A DNA stretch of 64,000 nt from Zancudomyces culisetae HAW-14-8. Lineage: Eukaryota; Fungi; Kickxellomycota. Under the pieces are notes generated by a model. It did no database searches and was not told the DNA's origin. It saw nothing but the letters and a program-made list of their open reading frames with translations. Made by a program: the position numbers and the translations under genes. Every line of letters begins with the position of its first letter. Position 1 is the first letter of the stretch. The stretch spans positions 372,001 through 436,000 of the forward strand of contig JBNJNM010000015.1 of NCBI GenBank assembly GCA_052426225.1, read 5' to 3'. Of this stretch, positions 45,732 to 58,086 are shown one piece after another.

Positions 45732-48700
45732 GTTTTTCCTTTGAATTTATGTTGATTCTTTTTTGTTTCAAGTTCTTTTAATTAGTATGTATTTTTTAAA
45801 ATCTCTGTCTGATTTAAATCCACCTTTGCTTTTGCTTAATCTTTATAATTCAAATATACTTCTTTTAAAAAAAAAATCTTTGACGATTTTGTGGTGGATA
45901 GCAAAGTTTCAGACTAATGTGAAACATTCCGAGCACATGAACTGGTAATAAAATCTGTTGGATGCAAATCAGGTGGCTATCGTCTACCAAATCAGAAATT
46001 GTCGCTTATTTATAATTTTTTCTAATCATCAATCATTGTCCATTTTTCTGTACTTGACAGATCGGCTGAGCAATTATGGTTATACACAATTTAAAAAAAT
46101 ATAAAAGATCTGAGTGAATTACGTTCATTCAAATTTGCGCAAATAGACGACAACAGCTCGTATCCAGAAAAAACTTTACATTTTTTTTTCGAATTGGGAA
46201 TAACTTAGGTTATTTCCAGCATAGCCGCTATATTTTCAAATATTTTTATAGTGATACATAATCGGGTTTCGGACTGCTTACAACATCATGTAGTATAGTA
46301 ATGTTTATTGATTTTATACATACTCTAATTATTTTCAGTGACTTAAAACTCAAAGAATGGTATTATAACTTTGTGCCAAAAGAATTCAATGATACATTTT
46401 TTAGCGGGATCTCGAGTAGGTATTAGTGTCTGTTTTGTCACCACTCATCTCTTTATATTCGCACTATAATAACACAGCCTTTTATCTTTTAAACTGAATA
46501 AATACTCCGCTAACCTCATCTGTTATAATAAACAAACGTTGCAAACCACGTTATTTGACTTTTATATATTTTTTTGGAAAGTTGAACTGCAAGATCAGAA
46601 TTGTTTTATTATTTTTGTTCTCCGTCGTTATAACCAATTAATTTTTACGCCGCATCCAGATTTAGAGTATATCAAACCAAATAAAAAAAATAACATGCTG
46701 ATGATATCTACACTGGAAAAATATGGCCTTATTTGTTACTAGTTTGCTTTTAGGATGAAAGGATGGATTTTATGCGGTTTAATAAAACCCGGGATCCCGT
46801 ATATCCGCTTTTATAATTTTTTTTTAAAAAAAGATTGTAAACACAACACAGGTTATAAAAAATTATACATGATGTTAATTTTACTAATCCCACGCTGTCT
46901 GACTTGGGAGATTCACATCCCTACTATGCAATAATAACGAATAAATGTTTATTGCCTACAACCACATCAACCAAGATGTGTCGTAGTTGTTATATCTAAT
47001 TTACAATGAAAAGAACTATTAAAACAAGAAACACCCAAAAGATATTTGGGCTATAATATAAGCTAGAATACCTAAATAACGATTTAATCAAAGGGTCGAG
47101 TTTATGGGATACTCGTTAGCTCTTCAAGAGAAGAAAGGAAGGGATACTTCATACAAGTGCTTAAATAACAATACAATGCTAACAGTTCAGCAAAGTATAA
47201 AGGAACCAGCCTATCTTGGATCATTTTTTATCTCTGGTGGGTATTTTACAGGATAATCCCTTGTGTTGGTGCTACGTGGACTTAAAATCAACATTTTTGT
47301 GGATTCTTATATATATTATCTTGGCGTGGAAATGGAGCAGGAAAGGCTCTCTGAATATTTTGTTGACAACAGTTGGTTTTAATGAATTCGTTCTTAGATG
47401 GTTTGCATATGAAAGCAGTTAAACACAAATAGTCATGTGGCAAGTTATCTTTTAGCTCTAATCGTCGAGAATACACCCTGTATTCTATTCGTACTATATT
47501 AAATTAATAGTGATGTGTGTAGTTCTATATCGAAAGTCGATTTAGCATTTTCCTTACCGATTCTTTTGGTGCCTTTATAAACTTTTTTTAAAGACTTCTT
47601 AAAAGTGTTCTATTTTGGTATAATATGTAGAGCGTTTCTGATTTAGCTGGAATTATTAATTTGTTGTTGTTTCCTTTGACCAACAAAAAAAAAAAAATTT
47701 TAAGGCGTTGTTGAAAAAACAGTCAATCGCGCAACATAAATAGGTTTGAGTCTACATTTCCCTACAAATTTCCGCGATTTATTAGTCGTTTATTTTCATT
47801 TAATTATTTTTTTTTCTGCGAGATTAGCAAACGAAGGAAAACTGCCGCAATCGTAATAGTTTTTTTTTAGATAGACTTTTAAGGTCTAGAACTTCTGACT
47901 GTTTAGTGTACTCAATTTAAATCAGCAAAAAGCTTTTACTAATCTAACCCTCATCAAAAATAAAAATTCAGGAAAGTCATTATATAATTTTCCCAATGGG
48001 GAAAAACTTATATGCAAAAAATGCGAACATAGGCTTTGTTTGATTATTAGGAAGAGGAGGTGCGTAAATTTGAGGAAGGTAATGTTTATTTATGCAAGAG
48101 CAAAATCTTAGGTGTCTGAGTTGCGAACAACAACGGAATTATTTTTTGGTATACTTGTATTGTAAAAAGTAATAAAAAGGAGAACTGATAATATTTGGCT
48201 GCATATCCCGCAGATAGTTCAGTTTCGATACATATATTTTATGGTTGTTATTAATGTGATGGGTTCTTAAAGATACAATGCAAATGATATAGCGCCTAAA
48301 CTCGAAATTCTTTGCATGGTTTATACTATGTTACACCTACGACCTTGTGTTATTTTTCACTATTTTTTATCGTGTACTCGTTTTTATTGTGGTATAAAGA
48401 TGAAAAAAAACCCCAGAATTATATAATGAAGAAATCTTTTACATTTTATTGCTGGAGGTTTCGAATTTACAAAAGTTTGGAATGTTTACCTCCTCTCCCT
48501 CACAAGAAGTGATGGAAGAAACGTGAATAACAAAATATTACTAAAATCAGCAATGTCTAGTGAATTTGTCTGTGGACTGCGTAAATGCGTTTGACAAACT
48601 CGCCTATACCATAATTAAAGTGCGAGCTTTTTCCTGGAAAGGGTTGTATTACATTATATAACCTATATAGTACACAAGGCCAATGACCACATGAACTATA

Positions 48701-50824
48701 AACCCAATTCTTATCAATTTACCTTGATTTTCCCCTGAGATTTTCAATTATTTGTTTTTTGATCTGGTAGGGGTAAAGAAGAAGCAGTGAATGTGTTGGG
48801 ATGCACCCAATTGACAAATTAACTGACCCAGGAATGGCCGGGTCTATCTGCTTTAGCTCAGCTACTATTAAAAAAAAACCTGTGCCCATCACAGCCAGTT
48901 TTACTTCCTCACAATGTAAGATGTATCCCATTTTTAGTTCTGAGCGTCTATGTGTCATATAAACGCTGTGTTATAGCAAACAAAAAAGGGAGAGGCTGAT
49001 TAAATCAAGTCAGGCCAATACTATTCATAGTAACAAGTTCAGGAACATTAAACCAGAACATATTGGGCTTAACAAAGACCAATATGTCAGTTCATATTCG
49101 TTTGATTTTTAGGAATCTCATTGGTATTTTTAGTTTGGGATTTTATTTCAAATTAATTTTAAAATTCAACCTTATATGTGATGGTGGGGGGAAATTGTAT
49201 CATGCCATATGCCAGAAACATATTCTTAAAATAGAACTACAACCCAATCGAGAGAATTATGTATTCAAAGCTAAGAATTCCACAGAATTGTGCTTGGTAT
49301 ACATAGTTACTTACATACAAGCATACATTATATGTATACATATATTTTTATATACTCATTCCATTTCGCTTGTTTTTAATAAATTGCCCAAGTTATCCCT
49401 TGTAAAAGTTTTTACACTGGATTAAATTCACACCAGCATTGGGACATATGGTCTTCTATAGAACCAACTTACATAAGAAGGCTCATGTTCCATGGCTAAG
49501 GTCTACCAACTTCAAAATAGGGTTTACGTAAAATAAGTGTGCTATCCGTTAAAATACAATGTATGTGATGAACTTCGTTGGGTCAGATACTGTACTGAAT
49601 GAACTGCACTATTTTTGTGGCAACAGTTGGTTCAAAACTGTTTTGTGGTTGCAAATTTTGATGTTTGTGTTTTTGAGCAAAGCTGTGCAAAGCGGGTGGG
49701 TGTGTAGGTCTAAAAGGTAGACATAACCTCTCAGAGCTGACAGCGTATTACAACACCTATCAAGCTGCAACCAACTTAGTGAGCTTTTGTCTTTTTGGTA
49801 CCGAAATAACCTTTTTCAATTAATCATCTGGAAATGTACACGTTTACATCTGCATACAACTTCCTACCTATCAGAGAGTTCAGGTATGTACAACCTCCTG
49901 CCCCCCCCCCCCCCCCTCAGCTTGCACTGAAAACAAAAAGTAGGACAAATTGTACAAGTAATTTTTGAATACATCCAAGAGGTTTTATTGTGGTGCTGAA
50001 GCCAGGTGTCAGATGCGTGTAATCAGTATTTGTTTCACATGCTTTCTTTGCTTCTACTCCTAACAGTCACCAAATTATCTATGCCTTTATATAATTGGTA
50101 AGCTTTGTAGAGTGAAGTTGTATTTAAGTATATATGATATCAGTGTGTAGGGGGGTGTTTTTTGGTGGGATGGGCGAGCATATGTAAAAAATAAAACGTT
50201 GAATTAATCTGCTCTAGTGAAATTGCTGTGGTACAAATAAAGTGGTATGGCTGCCAAATTGAGAACAATAGATATATTTTTTCGATACGAGCCTAGCAAT
50301 TGGGTAGCTTTTTATGAGTTGAATGTATCCTAAATTGGTACTGAATACGTACATTGCTATCGACTTTCCTTATTCAAAGACATTCTTTACAATATGCTCA
50401 TACAAAAGTCAATAAAACTCGTATTTCTGCATGTGAGCTGAATGTAAGAATATCAGAAATGCTCAAATCGCACCAATAAGATATCTTCATAACATGATTA
50501 GTCCACAAAATATATGTGCATGTATATGTGTATGTATATTATTTTTTTTGCGCAATGTTTCAAGTGGGAATAAAAATTAAAAGCAAAAATAAAAACTTCC
50601 CCATTTGGTTATATTACACAACTAAACTATGAAATCATTACACAAAAAATTATAAAAGATGGTATTAACGTAATAGTTTGCTCATTTGCTAATAAAAAAC
50701 AGTAATAAGTAGATGACGTCACTGATTAGCCTACATTAAACAGACTGAATTTTTTTAGTAATTTGTGAAGAAGGAGGGGGTGTGCGCCAATGGTGCGAAC
50801 TTTGTGTTCGCTTGAAAATCTGTT

Positions 50825-50876
50825 TGGGAAAGATTGTAGGAAAAGCTATAGGAAAGGTTATAGGAAAGGTTTTGGG
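50825..50876. repeat. 12-bp imperfect tandem repeat (TAGGAAAGGTTA consensus, ~4 units)
   Basis: Units TGGGAAAGATTG, TAGGAAAAGCTA, TAGGAAAGGTTA, TAGGAAAGGTTT. Confidence 0.75.
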
Positions 50877-53800
50877 TGTAAGCATTTTGGCAAATTCATG
50901 GAGTTCTGCTCTGTCACAAACTCCAGGCAAATAAGATTGCATCCTGCAATATTTCATACACGGCTCTTGCTCTCTTCTTAGTACCAGCAAATAGATGCCG
51001 CTTAGAAAAAAGTAAATGCACCAATGGGTTCTCGAATCATGCGTAAAGCATGAACTTGAGATACACCATATTAACTCGAATTTGTATAAACATATATCAA
51101 TTAGTAAATAATGTATTACAACGTCTAGAGAATTTTAATATGATACGAGTTTTTGTGCTCTAACTTGACTCACAACCTTCTTTCGATCCCATAATCACAT
51201 ATGAACGTGATAGTGGCATATGGCACAATCGGGCTCAGTAAATGTATGACTAACACCACTTTCATACCAATTTCAAATAGAAGTATATCACGAGAACATC
51301 ACGCCATAATCCCTTGGTTTCACAGATACAAGATTTTTGAACAAAAAGTCGGCTTTTTTGTTTGCAACTATATTGGCTCCTGGGATTCTTGCAAAACCAT
51401 CGCTTTTTGCACGTCTTTGAGAGGGAAAAATCATAGGAGGGGGGGGAGTATGGAAGAGAATGGAAAAGATGGAGAGAAGATACGAAGAAAGTGGAAAAAA
51501 GTGGGGAAAATGATGAGGGAGAAATGGGCGAAAAATGAGGTCGGATTTACTACACAGTCATCATATTATCACCATATCTACCAGAAATAGGAGAATGAAC
51601 CTGGTATTTCAGCCCTAGTTCATTTTTTTTCACTTTAAAAACCATTATCAAGCAATTATACTTATATATTAAAACTAGGAGAAAAGTTATATACGCATAT
51701 ATTCTTTTGTTATACAATCATCGTTTTTAATCAGTAAAATGGATGTGGGGGATAATAGTCATCGAAGTTCAGGATGATCTAGCATCATCAAAAACATATC
51801 CAAATAAAAAATTTCAGTCTCACTACAAATACTGGTTATTAAAAACGATGTGTAGTAGAATATGAATAGAAGGGTTGTGTTTGGTAGCTGGCTAGTTGAA
51901 ATATAAAGGCTGGCCTTATAATGCTATGACACTTTCTAATTCGTTGCGATATGAAGACGATGTATATACTTTTACCCACCCACAGCGGCTACAGCTTTGT
52001 GAACCACCTTAAAATTAGTTTTGTAGAAACCGATTTATATGTGCATGTGTACTATATGCATTCAGCATTAGTGAGTTGGCACCTCACTAATGTTGTTATT
52101 GTGTACTGAGCAGAAAAAAAAAAGCAGTATTATTTTTGCCAGACAAACCTCTTACTTGCCATCGTAGGCGCTTTTTGGGTGATTTGATTTCGGTTCTGGT
52201 TGTGTTGACGTTCTTTTTATTACGGGCTACTAGCCTTTTTTTATGTTATCTAATATCATTTGTCTAGCAAATTCAACTTGATCATGTTATTAATCCTTTT
52301 TTTTCGGACAATTCGCAATCCACAAACAGTATCTGATTACAAAATAAGAACATTCCCAAAAGTTCGTTGATTGAATCCCAACATTTTCCATAACCACATA
52401 TACACACATAAAACTAACAAGGTGTTTTTAATGTGATAATGGCGTATTAAAAGATAGTTGAATGTGAATATACACTCCTTTGTTAGATTATTTTTTTAAA
52501 AGGTAGAATTGCTACTACACAGTTCCTCTCAATTTTGCTCAGATTTGTGTTACATGTTCACTTTTGTCAGTAAAACTGTCATGAAACACACAGAGCAAAA
52601 GCATAAAGAGACACACGTATTCAGTGTTGAGTATGCTACACTCGCTTTCCTTTAAAAAACTTCAGCAAGTGGTGTTACTCATATGCTGCTGCCCTAAAGT
52701 CTTGAGATCCTACTTTCAATTTGATCTGTATGAGTTTAATATCTCAATATATGCTATTTTCTCGGGCTGTATAGTTGTAAAGTCATAGTGAGAAAACTGT
52801 ATACCTGTAGTAGCGAAATAAAGGCGCCTCTACACCCGTTATTGCAGATACCCTTTTTGTAAAAATACTAAAACAAACCACTTCCAGTGGTACGATACCA
52901 CCCATCAGATCGTACCTCTTTCTAACAACACAAGACAATGGTGCCATTGTTATTATAATGTCCTGAGATATTTACACATATTTCACATATTCACATATGT
53001 GGAAACCCCGGTACACTAGATACCAAAGTGGTCTAAAATAGGAAAAGCTCAAATGTAGTACAATAAAACCCGTGGTCTTTAAACGTTTTGAGTTCGAATT
53101 TGGACTTTATTCATGCTAAAAGCATGTTGGTTTGCAAATATATAACATGGGGACATAATCAAATAGTGATGGTGCCTTAATGCTACACTTAACGGAAAGC
53201 TTTAGATATGTTTCTTAAGTGTTTTTTTACAGTAATCTGATTTAGGGTTCAGTTCATTTCTGGTCTAGCATAACATTTTCCAGCATTCAGTTCTAACATA
53301 ATTTACTAGCATCTTTCGTTTTGCTACAGTTTTGTGAGCCTTAGTCACCCTTTTTAAATACACATGCAAACATTACACATCTGCTTTAATTCTAATGACC
53401 TTAGTGCCCAAAATACCCAGCTAATTTCTATTCGTTTTAAATGGTTTTTGTTAAAGCATACTCCAATGGGCAATTCAAGCCGGTTCTTGATAAATAAAGC
53501 CCACGTCCGATTGAAAGAAAATGTGTGGCATTTCCATGAAATACCAATCCATATATAATTATTTTTTTTGCAACGAATGGTTTTATGGGTTGAGTATCAT
53601 CCATATGCTTAGTGGTTTAAAATCTGATCCAAAAACAATCAATCATCACACCACTTTTTTTTCTCACTTTCTCAGGAAACCTTGTTGCAAACCTGAATCA
53701 GGCTTTTTTTTTGTAACAATTGAGAAAAGGAGAAAAATTCAAAAAAGTACTGATTACCATACAAAAGCTTAAATTTCAGAGAAAAGCGTACAAAAACTGA

Positions 53801-54060
53801 TATACTCTTACCTGCAAGAAGCCTAATATATATAAGCACATAAATAGTGTGGAAACTAACATTCACTGCTGAAAGTATAGAGGAACTCTGAAGATAAATT
53901 TAGGTACGTAAAGATTTGAGTTTATTGATTCTACTTGTCTGCAAAGATGAGATCTAGGCAAAAAAAATAGATATACATACGTGTAGCAAATGGATCAAAG
54001 CAAAATTCTAAGGTGTTTATTTTTTAAATCTAGATCAGCTGCTACAAAGATATAACAAAG

Positions 54061-55089
54061 ATGGTTACACCAATAAAGCCCATTGATACCCAAGCTTCAA
54101 GCGTGTTGGATCTTGCTAGGCCAAAATTTGATTTGGACGACACTGCACCAATCAAAGACAGAATGCAGGAGTTCATTTTCAAACTACAAAAAAGTCTTGT
54201 AGGGAACCTGGAAAAACTGGACAACAACCCAGAAAAGAAGTTTCTCTGGGACAGATGGGAGCGTGAAGATAAAAGAGGATACGGAATTTCCTGCGTGATA
54301 CAAGACAGCTTGGTACTCGAGAAGGCAGGAGTGAACATCACAATCATGGATGGCCCACTGTCAAGCCACATGCGAGCAAGTATGAAAGAGAGAAAAATTG
54401 ACAGTGTTACCGATGATGGAGACTATGACTTCAGGGTAGCCGGCATTTCTGTTGTTATTCACCCTTCTAACCCGATGGCACCAACTGCCCATTTCAATTA
54501 CAGATATTTTCAGATTACCGAAAGGGACAAGCCTGAAGATGTTGTAGCAAGCTGGTTTGGTGGCGGTGCAGATTTAACACCTTATTATATCTTTGAAGAA
54601 GATTGTAAACACTTCCACAAAACTCACAGGGATGTGTGTGACAAGCACGATCCAGAACTTTATCCAAAATTCAAGAAAAACTGCGATAAATACTTTTATT
54701 TGCCACACAGAAAGGAGGTGCGTGGAATAGGTGGAATAATTTTTGATGATTTAATGGGTGAGGACCCGAAAAAGCTATTTACTTTTGCCACTGACTGTGG
54801 ATTTGCATTCCAAGAAGCATATCTGCCCATACTTGAAAAGAGAAAGGATATGCCATTTACCAAAGAGCAAAAAGAGTGGCAACAAGTCAGACGCGGTAGA
54901 TATGTAGAATTTAATGTCATGATCGACAGAGGTACCAAGTTTGGTTTGGCCACTGAAAACGCCAGAATCGAAAGTATTCTTATGACCCTCCCACTGACTG
55001 CAAGATGGGAATACATGCACGTTCCTAAGCCAGGATCCGAGGAAGAAAAATTGGTTAATATCTTGAGGGATCCTATCGACTGGGCTTAA
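54061..55089 (+). CDS. HEM13: Oxygen-dependent coproporphyrinogen III oxidase
   Basis: EKAGVN, GISVVIHPSNPMAPTAHFNYRYF, WFGGGADLTP, RGIGGIIFDD, RRGRYVEFN..DRGTKFGL, RIESILMTLP. A 5'UTR intron at ~53904-54033 is possible. Confidence 0.98.
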   Translation: MVTPIKPIDTQASSVLDLARPKFDLDDTAPIKDRMQEFIFKLQKSLVGNLEKLDNNPEKKFLWDRWEREDKRGYGISCVIQDSLVLEKAGVNITIMDGPLSSHMRASMKERKIDSVTDDGDYDFRVAGISVVIHPSNPMAPTAHFNYRYFQITERDKPEDVVASWFGGGADLTPYYIFEEDCKHFHKTHRDVCDKHDPELYPKFKKNCDKYFYLPHRKEVRGIGGIIFDDLMGEDPKKLFTFATDCGFAFQEAYLPILEKRKDMPFTKEQKEWQQVRRGRYVEFNVMIDRGTKFGLATENARIESILMTLPLTARWEYMHVPKPGSEEEKLVNILRDPIDWA

Positions 55090-55317
55090 TTTCTCTTTTC
55101 TCTCATTTTTCTTTTTATGCTTTTTTTAAAAACTATATTATTATTGGGCTTATTATTTGTTATTAAGACTACGTTTATGGCTTTTTTTAAACTCTTCTAC
55201 CACTTCTATTAAAAATCGACAACAATAAATCGGTAATAACATTAGTTGAGCAAGAAATACAATATTAAGAACGATGATTTCGGCAAGAAAAGAGTGTCTA
55301 CTGTGTAGGATTAGCCC

Positions 55318-56229
55318 TCACACTTCACGAACAACATGCCCCTTTAATCTCAGGTTAATTAGGCTCACTGCCGATTTGTTTAGCCTAATACTGTCTCCAT
55401 AATAATCTCGAATGCCCAATCGCCGCAAAAAGATATTCTCTTCCTCAAGTTCCTTGGTGTAGTCCTCAAGAAGAAATCGTTTTTTTACCAACTTATCCTT
55501 GTAAAGAGTCAGACGTTTTATTTTAATCCCCAGCCAGTGCGGCATAGTCCTACCCTTTATCCTGTAAAACCTATATCCAGAAGTTGTACAAACTTTCTGA
55601 ACCTTTAAATTATCCTTGCAAATTTTTGCACGATTCAAATATCGTTTGTACACTGATTCCTGTGTAATCGCTGCAACCCGATCTGGAATGCTGTAAATCC
55701 TTGGATCAAAGGGTATCGAGTACTTTGAAACTCGTTGAAGTTTGAGGCTATGATACTTTTCCATGTATCGAGGTAGCACATTTCCCTTCTCATCTTTGAT
55801 TCTGAGTTTGGACATGCCTTTATCATATCTGATTTCCCTTTTTATGGCTTTTGTAGGTCGAATGTCGTACAAAAGCCTACAAGGTTTGTTGTGGTTGTCA
55901 TAATCGTTGATCTTATTAGTTAAATAATACATTCTCCCCTCTTTGCCAGTTGAAAAATCTTCTACCAGCTTAAAATATTTGTTTTCTTTGGGATTCTGAA
56001 TTCGCGTAGCTTGCTGAAGTATATCCCGAGCTTGGAGAGCTCTGTATATTTGAAGCTGTATTACTTTTTTATTTTTATTTGTTTTATAAAATCTAAAGCG
56101 TTCATCGATTTGATTTTTGTAGAATGATTTGTTGATGTCATCGTTAAAAGCTCTTGCCAATCTCAACAACTGGCGATACATCGAAAAGATCGCATGTTTA
56201 TGTTTAGGTGTTGATATAAATTTGCTCAT
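55318..56229 (-). CDS. LYR-motif (Complex1_LYR) protein, basic, probably mitochondrial
   Basis: N-terminal HAIFSMYRQLLRLARAF...IDERFRFYK is an LYR-like motif with the downstream Phe. The 303-aa ORF is K/R-rich. Confidence 0.7.
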   Translation of the reverse strand: MSKFISTPKHKHAIFSMYRQLLRLARAFNDDINKSFYKNQIDERFRFYKTNKNKKVIQLQIYRALQARDILQQATRIQNPKENKYFKLVEDFSTGKEGRMYYLTNKINDYDNHNKPCRLLYDIRPTKAIKREIRYDKGMSKLRIKDEKGNVLPRYMEKYHSLKLQRVSKYSIPFDPRIYSIPDRVAAITQESVYKRYLNRAKICKDNLKVQKVCTTSGYRFYRIKGRTMPHWLGIKIKRLTLYKDKLVKKRFLLEDYTKELEEENIFLRRLGIRDYYGDSIRLNKSAVSLINLRLKGHVVREV

Positions 56230-56727
56230 TAGTTGATTGTTTTAAATTCTATCTATTTTTATTCCCGCTGGGGCTTTTTGTGGTGCGAATTACTATTTCC
56301 AACTAGGGAAGAAATCACTAGTATCATAATTAAAAAAGGTAAAAAAAGATTGTTCTAGACTAGAACATTGAATATTTTGAATCGCAGTCTCATGTTGGCT
56401 TTTTTGCTCTTGAATTCTCTATTTTTATACGTGAAAAAAAAGCGTATCCAAGAACCCATGCAAAATGTGGTCCCAGCCCCCAAATGTTTACTAATTCGCT
56501 GATCAATTTTTTTTGCCACTTTACTTTCTAAAAGAATTTTATCTTATAAAGCAACATAGTTTGAAAGCATGTAAACAAGAATTTATCCAAATAAATAAAT
56601 AAAAAGTGCCCAAACGCACATTCATAAAACATATAGCTAAATATACGTTACTTTAAAAAAGTGGCGACTAGTATTAGAGTAACAAAAAAAGCAAACTGCA
56701 TAAGCATGCGTGGTATTCTTATGCTAA

Positions 56728-58086
56728 CTACTTTGTGATGTACTTAAGAAATTGGTTGAATCCAACATCCAATTCATCCCATGGTACCGAAATTGTAATC
56801 CTATACCAGCCCGGTTCATGCGCCCTAAAGTTTGTACCGGACGATACATACACTCTGCCTTCATTTATGGCACCTCTCCACATGTCCAGCTCGTCGTCAA
56901 ATGTAAGCTCAGTTGTGCTATTACGTGCTACTTCCCCATCTTTGAGGTTTTTATTTCTCCATTGAAGTAGATGTTTACTCAAATCAATCCAAATAAAATG
57001 TCCCGCCTGTGCAGGAATATAAGGAATTCCCTTTTCTCTTAGAGTTGCAGTAAATTTTATATAATTATCTCTGAGTCTCGAAACGTTCAAGTTCAAAAAG
57101 TAGTCAACATACTCCTCATCTCCCAAAAGTTTTGAAACTATACTATCAGTAACGCCTGATATGTAGTACATGGGCGAAACTACACCAGCAGCATCCAATA
57201 TTCTCTGGTTCCATGGAGAGACCAACCATCCAACTCTGAAACCATTCAGACAAAAGTCTTTGCTAAGTCCATGAACCACTATAACCAGGCTTGGGTCTAT
57301 CAGCTCATTCAAGTTTTCGAATGATAATACCGACTCAAAGTTGTAGAGTCTTTCTGACTCATTTTCGGGCAGATCGTTCCACTTCTCTCCACGGAAAACT
57401 GATAGCGCATAAATCTCATCCATAAGGACGTAAAGTTTGTTTCTGTTTGCAAATCGGAGAATCTCCTCAACTGCTTTCCTTGAGTAGCACATTCCTGTTG
57501 GGTTGTGTGGATTACACAAAATGAGAAGTTTTGATTGAATTCCCTGTAACCTTAAGTCCTCCAATGCCTGTTCATAATATTTTATTTGACTTATCTCTTG
57601 GAGCTCATCATGGGGAACCTTTACTTTTTGTATAAAGCAATTGGCTCTTATTTTGACATCGTTCTCAAAGCCCACATAATATGGAGAAGATAGTAGTACG
57701 GCATTGCCAGGGTCGCATGTTAAACTTGTTATCAGATCAACGACTGCAGTACAACCATTTACCACTACAACCTGGTTAGCCAAGACGTCCTTGCATGGGT
57801 TGAAGTACCGGTTCAAAAGTTTTGCTATCCCTTCTCTAAGACCGCTAGTCCCAGTTGCATCTGCGTAGTCCAAGTTATCTTCAGTTATTTGATTTATGCT
57901 ATTGAGTTTTTCAAGCAGCTCCTTTTCATTCAGCCTATTTACGGCTACCCCAATGTTTCTTATTCCATTTGGGTTTTTGGTTGCATGGTACTTATCTGAA
58001 ATAGCTTTTACAAATTCCTTGAACGCGCTATTATCTGTTTCAGTATTTTTCATAGCAACTTTGGAAAGAGAATTTTCACCCGTCAT
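56728..58086 (-). CDS. PLP-dependent class I/II aminotransferase, ACC-synthase-like
   Basis: NPNGIRNIGVAVN, LTCDPG, PYYVGF, CNPHNPTG, DEIYALSVF, HGLSKDF..NGFRVG (PLP lysine), AGHFIWIDL, EPGWYRI. Confidence 0.92.
   Translation of the reverse strand: MTGENSLSKVAMKNTETDNSAFKEFVKAISDKYHATKNPNGIRNIGVAVNRLNEKELLEKLNSINQITEDNLDYADATGTSGLREGIAKLLNRYFNPCKDVLANQVVVVNGCTAVVDLITSLTCDPGNAVLLSSPYYVGFENDVKIRANCFIQKVKVPHDELQEISQIKYYEQALEDLRLQGIQSKLLILCNPHNPTGMCYSRKAVEEILRFANRNKLYVLMDEIYALSVFRGEKWNDLPENESERLYNFESVLSFENLNELIDPSLVIVVHGLSKDFCLNGFRVGWLVSPWNQRILDAAGVVSPMYYISGVTDSIVSKLLGDEEYVDYFLNLNVSRLRDNYIKFTATLREKGIPYIPAQAGHFIWIDLSKHLLQWRNKNLKDGEVARNSTTELTFDDELDMWRGAINEGRVYVSSGTNFRAHEPGWYRITISVPWDELDVGFNQFLKYITK

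Noticed and set aside
47282-47476. ORF ending TGT-TGA-TTT-TAA (Cys-UGA-Phe-stop) as a possible selenoprotein, since some early-diverging fungi use selenocysteine
   Set aside because: No ATG in frame after splicing and no similarity to a selenoprotein family. The nearest downstream stem-loop lacks the RUGA core and apical AA of a canonical SECIS.
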